The notes beneath the pieces were generated by a model, which saw only the letters and a program-made list of their open reading frames with translations, searched no databases and was not told the origin of the DNA. DNA of 63,877 nt, filler included, from Reticulomyxa filosa (lineage: Eukaryota > Protista > Foraminifera): the NCBI GenBank assembly GCA_000512085.1. It is 14 parts of 14 records of this genome, joined end to end, with 100 filler letters (N's around TTAATTAATTAA, not from the genome) between each part and the next. Parts side by side here need not be neighbours in the genome. Positions count along the whole stretch, not along the records: positions 48,913 to 55,694 come from ASPP01008322.1; positions 55,795 to 57,837 come from ASPP01024913.1; positions 57,938 to 61,812 come from ASPP01011832.1; positions 61,913 to 63,877 come from ASPP01027657.1; 10 more parts are not named here. One strand, given 5' to 3'. Each line of letters begins with the position of its first letter. Positions within the stretch are counted from its first letter, which is position 1. Shown one piece after another: positions 52,416 to 63,877 of this stretch. The position numbers were made by a program, and so were the translations under genes.

Positions 52416-55400
52416 TTACCATTCTAATGTTTCGTCCCATTGTGCTACCAGTGGTTTTATATATTGCTGGAAAACCAACATTATTCGTTTTCTCACGTCT
52501 TTGTTTTCAACTTCAACACATTTAGTAAGATTGTCATAAAGTTTTGCAATCATTTGTCTTTTTTTTTTAACATCCGGAATATGCTTTTCACTCAACAAAC
52601 TATCCAATAAAATCAAAATCACTCCCGTTTTCCATTTGAAGCTGGACATTTTGATTTTCTCACTATTTTCATTTATCCTAGCAATTTTGTCGTTGTCATG
52701 TTGATTGTCTGTTTTCTTTTCTCTGATGCTTTGGTTATGTACTGCAGCATCTTCCAAATAATTTGTCAGCAATTTGTTCCCAAAAAGACAAAGATGGCTC
52801 CATATATTTGCGGAGCGATACTTTTCAAAAATAAGCGCCTTTAATTCTTCGCCCATTTTGATATTGAACGAACTTGGAACATAATTTGTGCACAACGTTA
52901 ATAAAAGTTCTAGCGTTACTCCGCCTGACCTAGATTCTTGATAATGCAAATCAGGGAATTCCTTATTGTCTTCGATCAGGCCTTTGAACAAATGATGAAT
53001 ACGAGTTGTTTTTTTTGAGTGGATTTAGATAAAAAAGATAGTGTATACCTCGACTCCTCAAACAGCGTTTCCAGTCTTCTTCAGTGTTAAATTCTCTGGC
53101 GAATCGGTACGACTCTTCCAAACAGGTAATAATTCTAATCATTTGTTGGGGATTCAATTTTGCGCAATGGATCAATGAGGCCTATATTGTATCAACTTGA
53201 TTGTTTAATTCTAAGGAGAAATATGAATATGAAAAGAAGAAAAACAAAAGAGTATGTTTAACTTGGAATAAATACTCAATTACTAATGGATGAACTACTT
53301 TTTGAACATTGGCAATACTTAGCTCATCTGCAACCTGAGGCAATCCTTTCGAACGTAGTGACTTGGACGGACCTTGTTTGGAATTTGTTTCTTCTTGTTG
53401 AGGCTGCCGTAACCTTGAAAAGGGAAGTGTTGTGTTAGCGGACGAGATCATCGAATGTATTACGATAGTCCACTCTTCTTCTGTCATTGCATTGGCAACA
53501 CTATCAACGAGCATCTTCCAACATTTTACGCTGCACTTTGCCGTCTTTTCGCTTGCCTATTATTCGTTCATTCTTTCTTTCGTTATGTGGGAACAAAGGG
53601 CAAAGAAAAAAAAAAAAATCCAAACCTGATTAACACCACGTTTTAACAGGATACATATCTTTTTCAATATGGATCTGGTATTCTGGAAAAATTTAAAAAA
53701 CAAAGAAACCAGTTCAACCAAACAATCCAAGCAAGTGGTTTCGGGCCATTTAACAGCGGAATCAATGGCAGTACGGAGATGTCCGCGACTGCGATCATCA
53801 GAAGATTTGTGTAATCGACTTGCATGCAAAGGGATCGGTATAGTGTTGGACGACGTTTGTAAACGAGAAAAGACAACAGCCGAGGACGGTGGCGAAGGTG
53901 AAAAGGACTTGAGGCTTTGGACCTGGATTTGTGCCTGAGTTTGAAGAGAATCAGGATCGTCGTTATTGGAAGGGACATCCACGTCAACTTGACTTAAGTG
54001 GCGAGCCCGTTTCTTTTGTTTCGCAGTGGCATCTGTCGGGGAAGGACTCCCCGAGCGAATCAAGCGTTTGATTTGGCCATGGTAAATGCTCTTCAGCATC
54101 GGGAACAGTACATCACGGAAGATTAGCGCCCACAATTGAGGAGAAAATTTGGTGCCATTGTGTTGCAGCACATTGAACAGTGAATGCAAAGCCGCTTGGC
54201 GAACCTGTGATTCAAAGATGATGATTATTATTTATTTGAAGTGATATAACATAAAAGCAAAGAAAAGAAAAGACAAAACTTTGTGACGACCATCAAAAAC
54301 AAGTCTAGACAATCCGGTGAGACATAAGAACCAGGCTTTAAACATGGGAGATTCATCTCGGAGACATACTTGTTTCAGTTGTTCTTTTTCTTTTTCAGTT
54401 GTTTTTTCTTCCTGTTTTTCTTGTCCTTGTCCTTGTTCTTGTTCTCGTTCTTGTTGCTTTTGTTCAGATTCACATTCATGTTCGTGTTTGTTTTGATGTT
54501 CCTTTTTTTCATGATCACCACCATTGTCATTTTCGACTTGTTCCTTTTGATGAAGTGGCTCTTCTTCCGCTTTCAAGCGCTTGATTCTGAGATCCAAGTC
54601 GTACAGGTGATTGGCACACGACACGATATTGGCAACGGCCTTCAAGGAGAGATCGGTGTAGATGTTGGAACTGAAGGCGATCAAGCAGTGGACGCACTCG
54701 TTCAAAGTCTCTGCACCGAACAACTGGACAGGGGAGGAAGAGCGAAGCGAGTTGCCACCAGTTCCGGTCTCTTGTAACTCGCTTGTTTTGATCAGTTCCT
54801 CGGACGGCAAGACGTCGAGTTTGTGCCGCAGCAAAGGAAAATAGTCGCGCAAAATCGAATCCATGATTTCGTACGACTTGGCCACCAGTAGTTCATGCGG
54901 GTCTTTTGCCGCCAGCGAGATGACAGAAAACACTGTTTTCCATCCCGATTTCACATTGGCGAATTTGGTTTTCACGATACTGTGAATGCACTCGACAATG
55001 AGCAATCGAATGGTTTGCGTTTTCGACTGTTGCATGATCTGATAAAAAGGCACCAAAAACTTGGATTGGAATTGGAAATTGGTTAGCTCTTCTTTGTCAA
55101 AGAAGAGGCCCGCCAGTTGTCGCAAGCTGTTCACGCTATACTCTCCAATCGCCACATTGCCATGCAATCCAGCCTTCACAAAATGTGGTGCCAACACATT
55201 CCAAATCCGTTGCCAAATCAACGGAATGCGATGGTTGATATTGTCGTGTGCAACTTCCACCAGCTTGCGCAATGAAAACACGCGTGGGGTCAATGTGTCT
55301 TCCAACTCCACTGCGCTCACTGCAGCAAGTGCCACGCAAAAATGCACTATCGACTCGCTGTCCAATTTGCAGCTGTCAGCAAAGATTTTGCCACCACCGA

Positions 55401-55658
55401 CGCCGGAATGTGTAATGCCACCATTGTGGCGTTTGAATATTCCGTCGAAAACCGAGACATGCCTTCGCGCGCAAACTTGGAGTGATCCTGGATCAATTTG
55501 CTTTTACTGCCCGTCAAAACATGACTGCCACTATCTGCTTCATTCGCCAAATGGCTCAAATCTGCTATCTCTCGTGACCTCATCAGGTGTAGCACATCGA
55601 TCTCGGATATACACTTCAAAATTTGGAACCACGAACGTCGTAGCACATTTCCTTCCTC

Positions 55659-55660
<2 letters not shown>
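52416..55660 (-). CDS. SEC7: Sec7/BIG-family ARF-GEF, C-terminal HDS region
   Basis: SWFQILKCISEID; LDSESIVHFCVAL; PRVFSLRKLVEVA; NSLRQLA; EELTNFQFQSKFLVPF; NVKSGWKTVF; LFNVLQHNGTKFSPQLW. One frameshift near 55395. Confidence 0.92.
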
Positions 55661-55694
<34 letters not shown>

Positions 55695-55794
55695 NNNNNN
55701 NNNNNNNNNNNNNNNNNNNNNNNNNNNNNNNNNNNNNNTTAATTAATTAANNNNNNNNNNNNNNNNNNNNNNNNNNNNNNNNNNNNNNNNNNNN
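55695..55794. other. Artificial contig spacer
   Basis: Same 100-bp spacer. Confidence 0.97.
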
Positions 55795-56102
55795 CAACGA
55801 TAATGATAGCCATTGTAATAGCAGTTGTAATAGCAATACCAATAGCAGTGACAAAGAAAAAGAAAACATCAAAAAAGAAGGCTTCTTGCATAAACGTGGC
55901 TCCGGCAATACAAATGCGTGGAAGCGATGCTATATTCGCTTGTTCGACAATGGACGGCTTTGTTATTACACTGAAAAAGGAGTGTTACTAAATGAAATGG
56001 ACGTTGTGTTGTCCACTTCAATTGCTGTTCTTTCCAATAACAATAACAATAACAATAACAATGACAATAATAGTAATAATAATAATAGTAATAATAATAA
56101 TA

Positions 56103-56157
<55 letters not shown>

Positions 56158-57508
56158 AAGTAATGATAAAGGCCAAATGAAATATGTAACAAATGACATT
56201 GCTTGCAATTATTCGCATTTGTTTCAAATTGAAATGCCCGGCCGTACTTTTGTGTTCAGTTGCTCCAACGAATCGGAGCTAAAGGAGTGGTACCAATCGT
56301 TAAAAGCGGCGGTGGATAAGTGGTCGTCATTGCTCTCAGTGTCGGCCTCAACACCGACATCCACATCTACATCTACATCCACATCTACATCCACATCCAC
56401 ATCCACGTCCACTTTTGCTTCTTCACTGCCGTCGGAATCAAGCGAAAAAGACAAAGACAAAGATAAAGATAAAGAACGAATAGACAAGTTGGAAATTGGA
56501 CGCCAAGAGTACCTGGAACTGAAAAAAAATAACAACAATTGCTGGGGACAACTGAAAGAAGAATTGGAAGATATGGCGACTTTGGAATTGGTTGAACCCA
56601 ATCAAATCCAAATCCAACTCCTCAATTCCAAATGGCTTCTTCAACAACCGTCCCCTTTTCATTTCACTTATTTCGCTCAAAGGATTCTCAATTATTTGAA
56701 ACGCGATTTTGGAAACATTGTCACTCTCGGATATTTATTCAAAGTTCTTATTGCATTATATAATACATACACATATATGTATATATACATATATATGTAC
56801 ATATATATATATATATATATATATTTGTAAGATGTATGGTAAGTACATAAACATATGTTAAAAAAAAAAAATAAAAAAAGAGGGGACAGTCAACAGATAA
56901 ATGGAATAAACGCTTTGTGGTGCTTCGCAAACAAAATATCTTTGAATGGTATTCGAACCATCTGCAGAGCAAGCCACGCGGATATTTGGACTTGAATAAA
57001 CTGATTGGAGTGCGTGACATCACCAGCCAGTATACCCAACAGAACAAACAAAGAGAATAATAATAATCTCACGGTAGATTGTGCACAAACGATGACAGTG
57101 GTGATCACGGCTAGTGACTCCACACCGAGTGCAAATGGAAATGAAAATGAAAACGAAATTGAAAATGAAGCAACAAAAACAAAGACTGGCGAATCGCAGC
57201 CTTGTTTTTATTTTGAAATCAAAACAATTGACCGCAAAGTTGTATTTGGATGCCAAGATTTGTGTATTTTCAAAGAGTGGGTCTCTGTGATCCAAATACA
57301 CGGCAGATACACTCGAGAAAGGGGATTAAGCGAAAGTTATTGTTTTTTGTATCGTTGTCATTCCCTCTTTTTTTTTTTTTTTTTTTGTTCATTACATCAT
57401 TACATGTCATCATACACTACAGTGAGTGAAGCGGAAGCTGATGTCGCACTTACCCCGCTACAACAGAGTGAAAAAAATAGAATAATGATTGATCCTGTTA
57501 TCATTTAG
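55795..57508 (+). CDS. Tandem PH-domain protein, 5'-partial
   Basis: PH1: KKEGFLHKRGSGNTNAWKRCY...RTFVFSCSNESELKEWYQSL. PH2: LGYLFK|RGQSTDKWNKRFVVL...KPRGYLDL...FEIKTIDRKVVFG...EWVSVI. Frameshift near 57030. Confidence 0.85.
56035..56155 (+). repeat. (AAT/AAC)n microsatellite encoding a poly-Asn tract of about 40 residues
   Basis: Read directly; it lies inside PH1. Confidence 0.9.
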
Positions 57509-57837
57509 AAAGCATTTCGTATATTTTTGCTTCACTTTTCATGTTGTTCTTTTTTTCTCAAGAGAGTTATGAATGAATAATGATAAAAAATAAAACTTTT
57601 TTTTATTTCCGTTTTTTTCAGCTAGTTCTTAAAATATTGATTTTTTACAAATATGCATATACATTTTTTTCCTTACTCTTGGTAATACTTTTGTACTTTT
57701 TTCAAGTTTTTTGTTCAACTAGTACGAGTAAAAAAGTTAACGTGTAAACATCTTTCAAAATTTCATTTTTACCATAAAATATCAACATCTTTAAAAAATG
57801 TTTAGTGTTTTTTTTTTGCTAATTTTTTTTATTGTTG

Positions 57838-57937
57838 NNNNNNNNNNNNNNNNNNNNNNNNNNNNNNNNNNNNNNNNNNNNTTAATTAATTAANNNNNNN
57901 NNNNNNNNNNNNNNNNNNNNNNNNNNNNNNNNNNNNN
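57838..57937. other. Artificial contig spacer
   Basis: Same 100-bp spacer. Confidence 0.97.
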
Positions 57938-57985
57938 TATATGTATATGTATATGTATATATGTACAAACATATGCATACGATAC

Positions 57986-60900
57986 AGCTCAGCAAGAAGA
58001 TATACTGCTAGCTGCAGTGAATGGTATTTTGGGAGTGACTTGGGCAAATGAGGGCACAACGGAAGATCAAGCAAAACGTATACTAGAATACATCCCGCAA
58101 AATTTCCAGCATTGGTACGCATCGATGGTTAAGCAAAACTGGCAATTTGACGTCCATAGCGAAACGAACAGTAGCAGCAAAGCAAAAAGGGAATCGATTG
58201 GCAATGAGCAAGCTGGCAACGAAAAAGCGATTACGAAGAAAGGACGCATGGAACGGTTTCAAGAAGAATCGGAGAAGTGCTTCGTGTTGACAGTGTTGAA
58301 ATGGCTATTGGAAAAGTTTAGACACAACATTTTGAACGCAGTCGAATGTACGGCGATGCCACGATTGAAATCGATCATCTATGAAGGACGTTATATGCAC
58401 GAAAGTTTGAAGTCGTATGTGTTTAACAAGACAATGTATTTAGCCGAGGATGGTCTAGCTGAGATTGTGAATAAGGTGTTTTTGTGTATATGACCTTTTC
58501 AAATGTTTATTTTTTTTTTTAGATAAAATGAGACTTGTTGAAAATGCACAGTGTCGACATTATCGACTACGCCTGCCTCTGCTGGCATATGCAGAAGAAG
58601 TGCACACAGCAATAAAGGAATGGAAACAAAAGGTAAAGAATGTACTAAGCAACGGCGGATCGATAACGACCATCAGCGACTTGTATCGACAATACCGTGA
58701 CTTCCGCGTAAACATGGACGAAGGCGAGAAGATGCGCACGATCCTTCCTGCGCTGCGTTTGTGGACGAGTGACGCCAAAAGAGTATTGGAAGAGAGTGAT
58801 CGGCCCTCATTCGAAGAATGTTGGCAGTTGTTGGAGCAGCTGGACTTGTTGATCGACTTTGAATTGACGACGAAAGAGTACGAAAAGCTATGCGACGTTG
58901 TTGGAGTTGCGCAATGGAAGCAACGAGCAAAAAGGCTGCTGCTGCAGTCAAACCATGAGAGCGTCGCAAGCGATTCGACACAGGCACACGAGAGGAAGGA
59001 AGACGGGTCTGATTATCGAAATATCCTTTTCGAACTCAATGCGCTATTGCAATGCAGTGAACAATTCAATACCAAAGAATGTCGTCGCTTGAAGCAAAAT
59101 CTAATCGACAAAAAGAAAATGGTCGAAGAGTTTTTTTCGAAAGCCGAACAAGTAAGTTTACAAAGCTTTTTGTATACGTCTATGTATTTTACCAATTTTT
59201 ATTATATAATATACATCTATGTATATGTATATATATATATTTTTTTTATGATATGCACGTGGCTTGAAAGCTATTGAATGCGGACAAAGAGAGAAAAGAA
59301 GACATTCACGTATATCGCGAATTGGTGAAGCTGAGTGAACAGGCGGGCATTCCCTCTCACGACAACTACGTAAGTCAATTGAGAGACGTAATTCATCGAA
59401 TGGAAGAATGGATTGGACAAATGGAAACTGTGATTAAAGACGTCCCATTGTTTCAGATTCGGATCTTTGGGACGGGTGCTTCACAACTGAGCGAATGCCA
59501 ATCCCAACATCAGCAACACTTATCGCCCTTCCTCGATTGCGAAGTCAAGACGGAGGAATACAAAGACGATGACAACTCCGTTATCGGCACAAGTGCCTCA
59601 AAGAAGAGAAAGTTGTCCGAAATGCAACCTGTTGAGAGTAAGTTTGTATATGTGTATATATCCCATAATACATATACATATATGTATATAATTGTAATGG
59701 GATAGATGAGGACATATCACGAAAGCGACGTCGCTGAATGAAAAAGGAGAACATTGGACGACCTCTGCTCAAAGCACAGAAGAGTCGGCGAAAAGCAAAA
59801 AAGAAGTAACGACAGCGACAGCGACAACGACAACGACAACGGGAAGCGAAATGCTGAAGCTCTCTTCGAAAGTGAACATTCGCTCGCACGTTCACAAACT
59901 GAAAGAGTTTTTGGCAAAGAACGACAACCTGCCTGCTTCCTGCACCTTGATGGAACGAACACGTACGGAACTGTCCACCATCGACAGCTGTGTACAGCGC
60001 TGTTTGCAGCTGCTGTCCATCCAAGACGTAACCACGCTGTCCGACGATGAGCTGAAGCAGATGAAGTTGCAATGCCAAGACATAATCCCGCAAACTGACA
60101 TTCAGTACGAAATGCACGTGCTACACTGGCGCTATCATGCCACCTTGTGGTTGCATTATGTCAAGCAAGTCATGAACGAGCAAGAGCAAGAGCAAGAGCA
60201 AACGCAAGAACATGAAGCAGTTCTTCATTCAATCTCGTCTGTGCCAAATACTACTCATGGCGATGTCATGACTGTCTCGGATATGAAATCGCCGGAAAAC
60301 GCTCGTGCTTGCTTAGAACAGACAGAGAAGCAGAGGAAGGAGACGCGACACGAAGTAAAGAAACATTGGAACTATCGCATATTGGAACGAGAGGCCAAGA
60401 TATTAAAGCTAGACGAATCCGTCGCGGATTCCGAAACCAAACGGTTATTTGATGAGATTAGTGGGATATTGGAAAGAACAAAGCGCTTCGACAAGGCGTT
60501 GGTCTTTTTGGAAGAGACCAATCAAGTCATAAGTTTGGAAGACTTTTTATGGGTCATCACCAACCAAACTGAAATCGCGCACATCTTGCCTTGGATTCGC
60601 TTTACCGACAATGTGGAAGAGCAAGTTAATTATGGAAAAGCGCTCCACGCTCGTCTTTACAATGCAAACAAGCTTTTCAAACGCTGGGATACGTACATCA
60701 CTGTTGTCAGTGGTACCAAATTCACCAATGGTGAACTTCGCTTGGATGAAATGTTGGTTTTAAAAAAAGAAGCAACTTTATTGGCAACACAGTTTTGTCT
60801 TTTTTTTTTTTAAAAAAAAAGGGTGCATAAAAAAAAATAAATGTAAGCGCAAAATCGCAACGTTTGTAAATAATTTGTTGGGAATAAACCTTTAGAATAG

Positions 60901-61740
60901 CCAACTTGCCTTTGTTGGAAGAAATCAATCGTCGGATCGATATTCACACAAACGGACTCAAAGAATTGAAAGCATGGTTGAAACAATCGCCATTTCCAGT
61001 TTGTAACTTATTAGATACAATCGAGTACCAATGTGAACTGACAAAGCAGTACTTCTCCGAGTTTCGTATTTTGGTGAATCACAAAATGAAATTCGAAGAT
61101 GCGCGACGATATTATATGGCGGGGACGCCGATGAACGACCCCAAGGTCCAATGTTTGATGGAAGAGCGCTTTTGTTTCTGTCGAGCCCATTATTTCAACA
61201 AAAAAGATAATGACATGACAGTGGAACAAAATGGCAACGACGAAGGCGTCGCCAGAGGTCTCTTGGCGGCGAACAACGACGCCAGTCCAATATCCATACC
61301 ACGTGATCTGCTGTGTTGTCACCTTTGTCAAGAATGGTTCCACGAGGACTGCGCTTTGGGGATCGTGGACTTGGGTAGCGTCAATCGCAAAAAGCGCGAA
61401 TTTAAGTGCGGTCGTTGCCATTTCTTGCAGGGAATGGCAAAAGTAAGTATCGACAATTCCAAAAATGCGCCTTTAGAATGGAGGCCGGTTCCGATTACTT
61501 TGCACAATTTGAAAAAAGTTTTTTATTTATTTATTTGTTGTTGTTTGTTGCTATTCTCTTATTTCTAATTCTTTTTTTTCAAAGATATGTGCCGAGTTTA
61601 AATCCAGTTTAATTGTCTCTCCAGAATTGAAAGCGTTGCAAAAACTACTCTCCATTGTGTGCAGATACCAACAGTTTGGGAGAGAGCTGTTCAACTTGAT
61701 TGATGATTCATTGAACATGTCTCAAATTGCTGTCATGCGT
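57986..61740 (+). CDS. KDM5/JARID1-like internal fragment: PLU-1-like helical repeats plus PHD finger
   Basis: Repeated W..(K/R)(V/A)..(V/L)L helical units typical of PLU-1. PHD: FCFCR...LLCCHLCQEWFHEDC...FKCGRC. The JmjC domain is not in this contig. Frameshift near 59850. Confidence 0.7.
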
Positions 61741-61812
61741 TAATATTCCATTTTTATTGCTTCGGTCAAATCTATATACTATACTAGGATCAATCAATCT
61801 TTTTTTTTTTTT

Positions 61813-61912
61813 NNNNNNNNNNNNNNNNNNNNNNNNNNNNNNNNNNNNNNNNNNNNTTAATTAATTAANNNNNNNNNNNNNNNNNNNNNNNNNNNNNNNN
61901 NNNNNNNNNNNN
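61813..61912. other. Artificial contig spacer
   Basis: Same 100-bp spacer. Confidence 0.97.
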
Positions 61913-61954
61913 TATGTATATGTATATGTATAATATAAACATGAAACGGGACAG

Positions 61955-62380
61955 TTTAGTCGAGCATATTCATCATCAAGTCTACCACCAATTCCAAATA
62001 ATGGACAACAATTGCATTCAAAAATGGCATCAGTGCAAGAGTTGTTTACAGATACAGACAAATTCACGTATGACACCGATGTGAATTCCTTAACGGCGAA
62101 CATTGACATAGAAAAACTGACGAGTGGGAGCAACACGGAGCCATTAGCAGGAGGGTCTGCCCAAATCATTGACTACGACCACATGGATGATATCAGCCTT
62201 TCCTCGTTGTCCGTGCAAAACGATCCTTTTCTGCAGTCGTTCGTCTCGATCCATTCTGTCTCAGCCAATCACAATCATAGCAATAACGCCACCATTTCCA
62301 CATTCGGTGGTAGTCATAGCACGAATGATAACAATACAGCAGCAGCGACGACTGCTTCAACAAGTGCTATTACTAATAGC

Positions 62381-62415
<35 letters not shown>

Positions 62416-63262
62416 TAATAATAATAATAATAATAATAGTAATAATAATAATAAAAATAACAATGATCATATTGATAGCAAAAGTGAAGACGATGACGAT
62501 GATGGTGGCATTGGTTCATTGTTTGACGACCCTGACCTACTCAAAGAACTACCGCCTATTAATACCTCTTTGCTCAATCAATTCCATCACTCTTCTTCAC
62601 ATGCATCTCCCAGTCCAGCCAATCAAGGTGTTTTCATTTGTTTATTTGTTTATTTGTTTGTATGTGTGTGTTGCTGCCTCCATTTTATATTGCAACTGAC
62701 ATGGAACCAAAATACAGGCTCCGTTTCCACACCTGCCTCTAGTGTCGTAAATGCAGACACGACGAAGAAGCCGTCGACTGAAATGGCACACATTGTCGTT
62801 AGTCCGCAACATGAAACGGTGTCTCCGCGAATTGTTGTAACCACGGTTGACAACGAGCGCAAAGAAATAAACACTATCATTTTGCCAAGCACTGCATCGT
62901 CGTCTGCTTCGGATGGCGGACTCATTCGTGACAACATTCAGCCTCAGCTACAAAAGCAATCGGAACCACAGTCACAATTACAATCGCAATCACAGCCACA
63001 ATCGATGCTCGAAGAGGAAAAGACCTATGAAGACGAGAAAAAAATAAAAGCTACCGAGGAAACAGGCCGATTGGTGAGCACATTCGAAGGTTTGAAGAGC
63101 ATTGACACGACGCGCTTAACACAAGAGGATATCGAACAGTATAAAGAAGAGCTTCAACAAAAGAAACTAGTGTCGACTTTTGCTGGCTTAAAATCAATTG
63201 ATGCGTTGAGCACCAGCGAATTGGAAGCACACAAAGCCGAAATTTTGCATGTATATACACGT

Positions 63263-63301
<39 letters not shown>

Positions 63302-63877
63302 TATTGTAATATTATGTATACACAATGTATTTGTACAATGCCTTTAGAGAAAATTGGTGAGCGAAAGTGAATACACACATCTCTTGCACCTTGCGGAAGA
63401 ACAGAACACGAAAGAAAGTCACACACCTGTACATTTGAATGAAGAGGAGAAGGCAAGAATTAACTCTGCCAAAGAAAAATTCAATCACCAAAGTGGCACA
63501 GCATTTTTATTTATGCAGCATAATGTCCATAGTCATAGTGATGTTTCAAGACCTTTGCAATACGCTTAAAGGCTGATGTCGAACTAACAGAGATGCTGAA
63601 CTCTTGAAACGACAAGAAAATCAACACCAACTAGAAGAGGTGTTGTTTTTTTTTTTTTTGTAAAAAAAAAAACGTTGCAATAAAATAGTAAGCTAAACAA
63701 AATAAAAATAAAAAAATGAAACGATCGTTATACTGTATGTATACGTATGCAATGAATAAATAGGCCGCCAAGGTGTCCAATTTTCATGGCTTGGAATCTA
63801 CTGCTGTGTTGCGAACTACTGTTGATTCAAAAGAACAACAACAAGTGGCCGATGTTACGCTTTTTTTTTTTTTTTTT
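61955..63877 (+). CDS. Hypothetical low-complexity protein fragment with poly-Asn and an internal repeat of about 30 aa
   Basis: ORF 62012-63298 plus downstream exons. (AAT)n at about 62380-62460. Duplicated motif LVSTFxGLKSID. Confidence 0.55.

Overview
This is eukaryotic, AT-rich, intron-containing DNA, and it is not one locus. Fourteen contigs are joined by 13 identical 100-bp artificial spacers (N44-TTAATTAATTAA-N44), so gene neighbourhood means something only within a contig. The divergent alpha-tubulin, short GT-AG introns rich in poly-T/A and (TA)n, homopolymeric amino-acid runs and decayed WD40/CAP-Gly/tubulin copies suggest a foraminiferan (Rhizaria) such as Reticulomyxa filosa; this is inference, not a database hit. 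Recognisable genes: alpha-tubulin pseudogene, PP1 fragment, pseudo-tRNA, Ser/Thr kinase, a giant (>4000 aa) HECT E3 ligase, a NIPA Mg2+ transporter, a CCR4/Angel-type EEP nuclease, a DENND4-like fragment, a 7TM receptor-like protein, importin-alpha, BRO1, an ARID SWI/SNF subunit, a Sec7/BIG ARF-GEF, a tandem-PH protein and a KDM5-like PLU-1/PHD fragment. Two signals stand out. (1) A Giardia/Trichomonas-type ornithine carbamoyltransferase is fused in frame, within one exon, to carbamate kinase, giving two of the three steps of the ATP-yielding arginine deiminase pathway in one polypeptide. (2) An intron-containing gene encodes a coiled coil followed by a degenerate GGDEF (diguanylate cyclase-like) domain. 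Several genes carry isolated 1-2 bp frameshifts, probably consensus errors. All family assignments come from motif recognition by eye; no searches were run.
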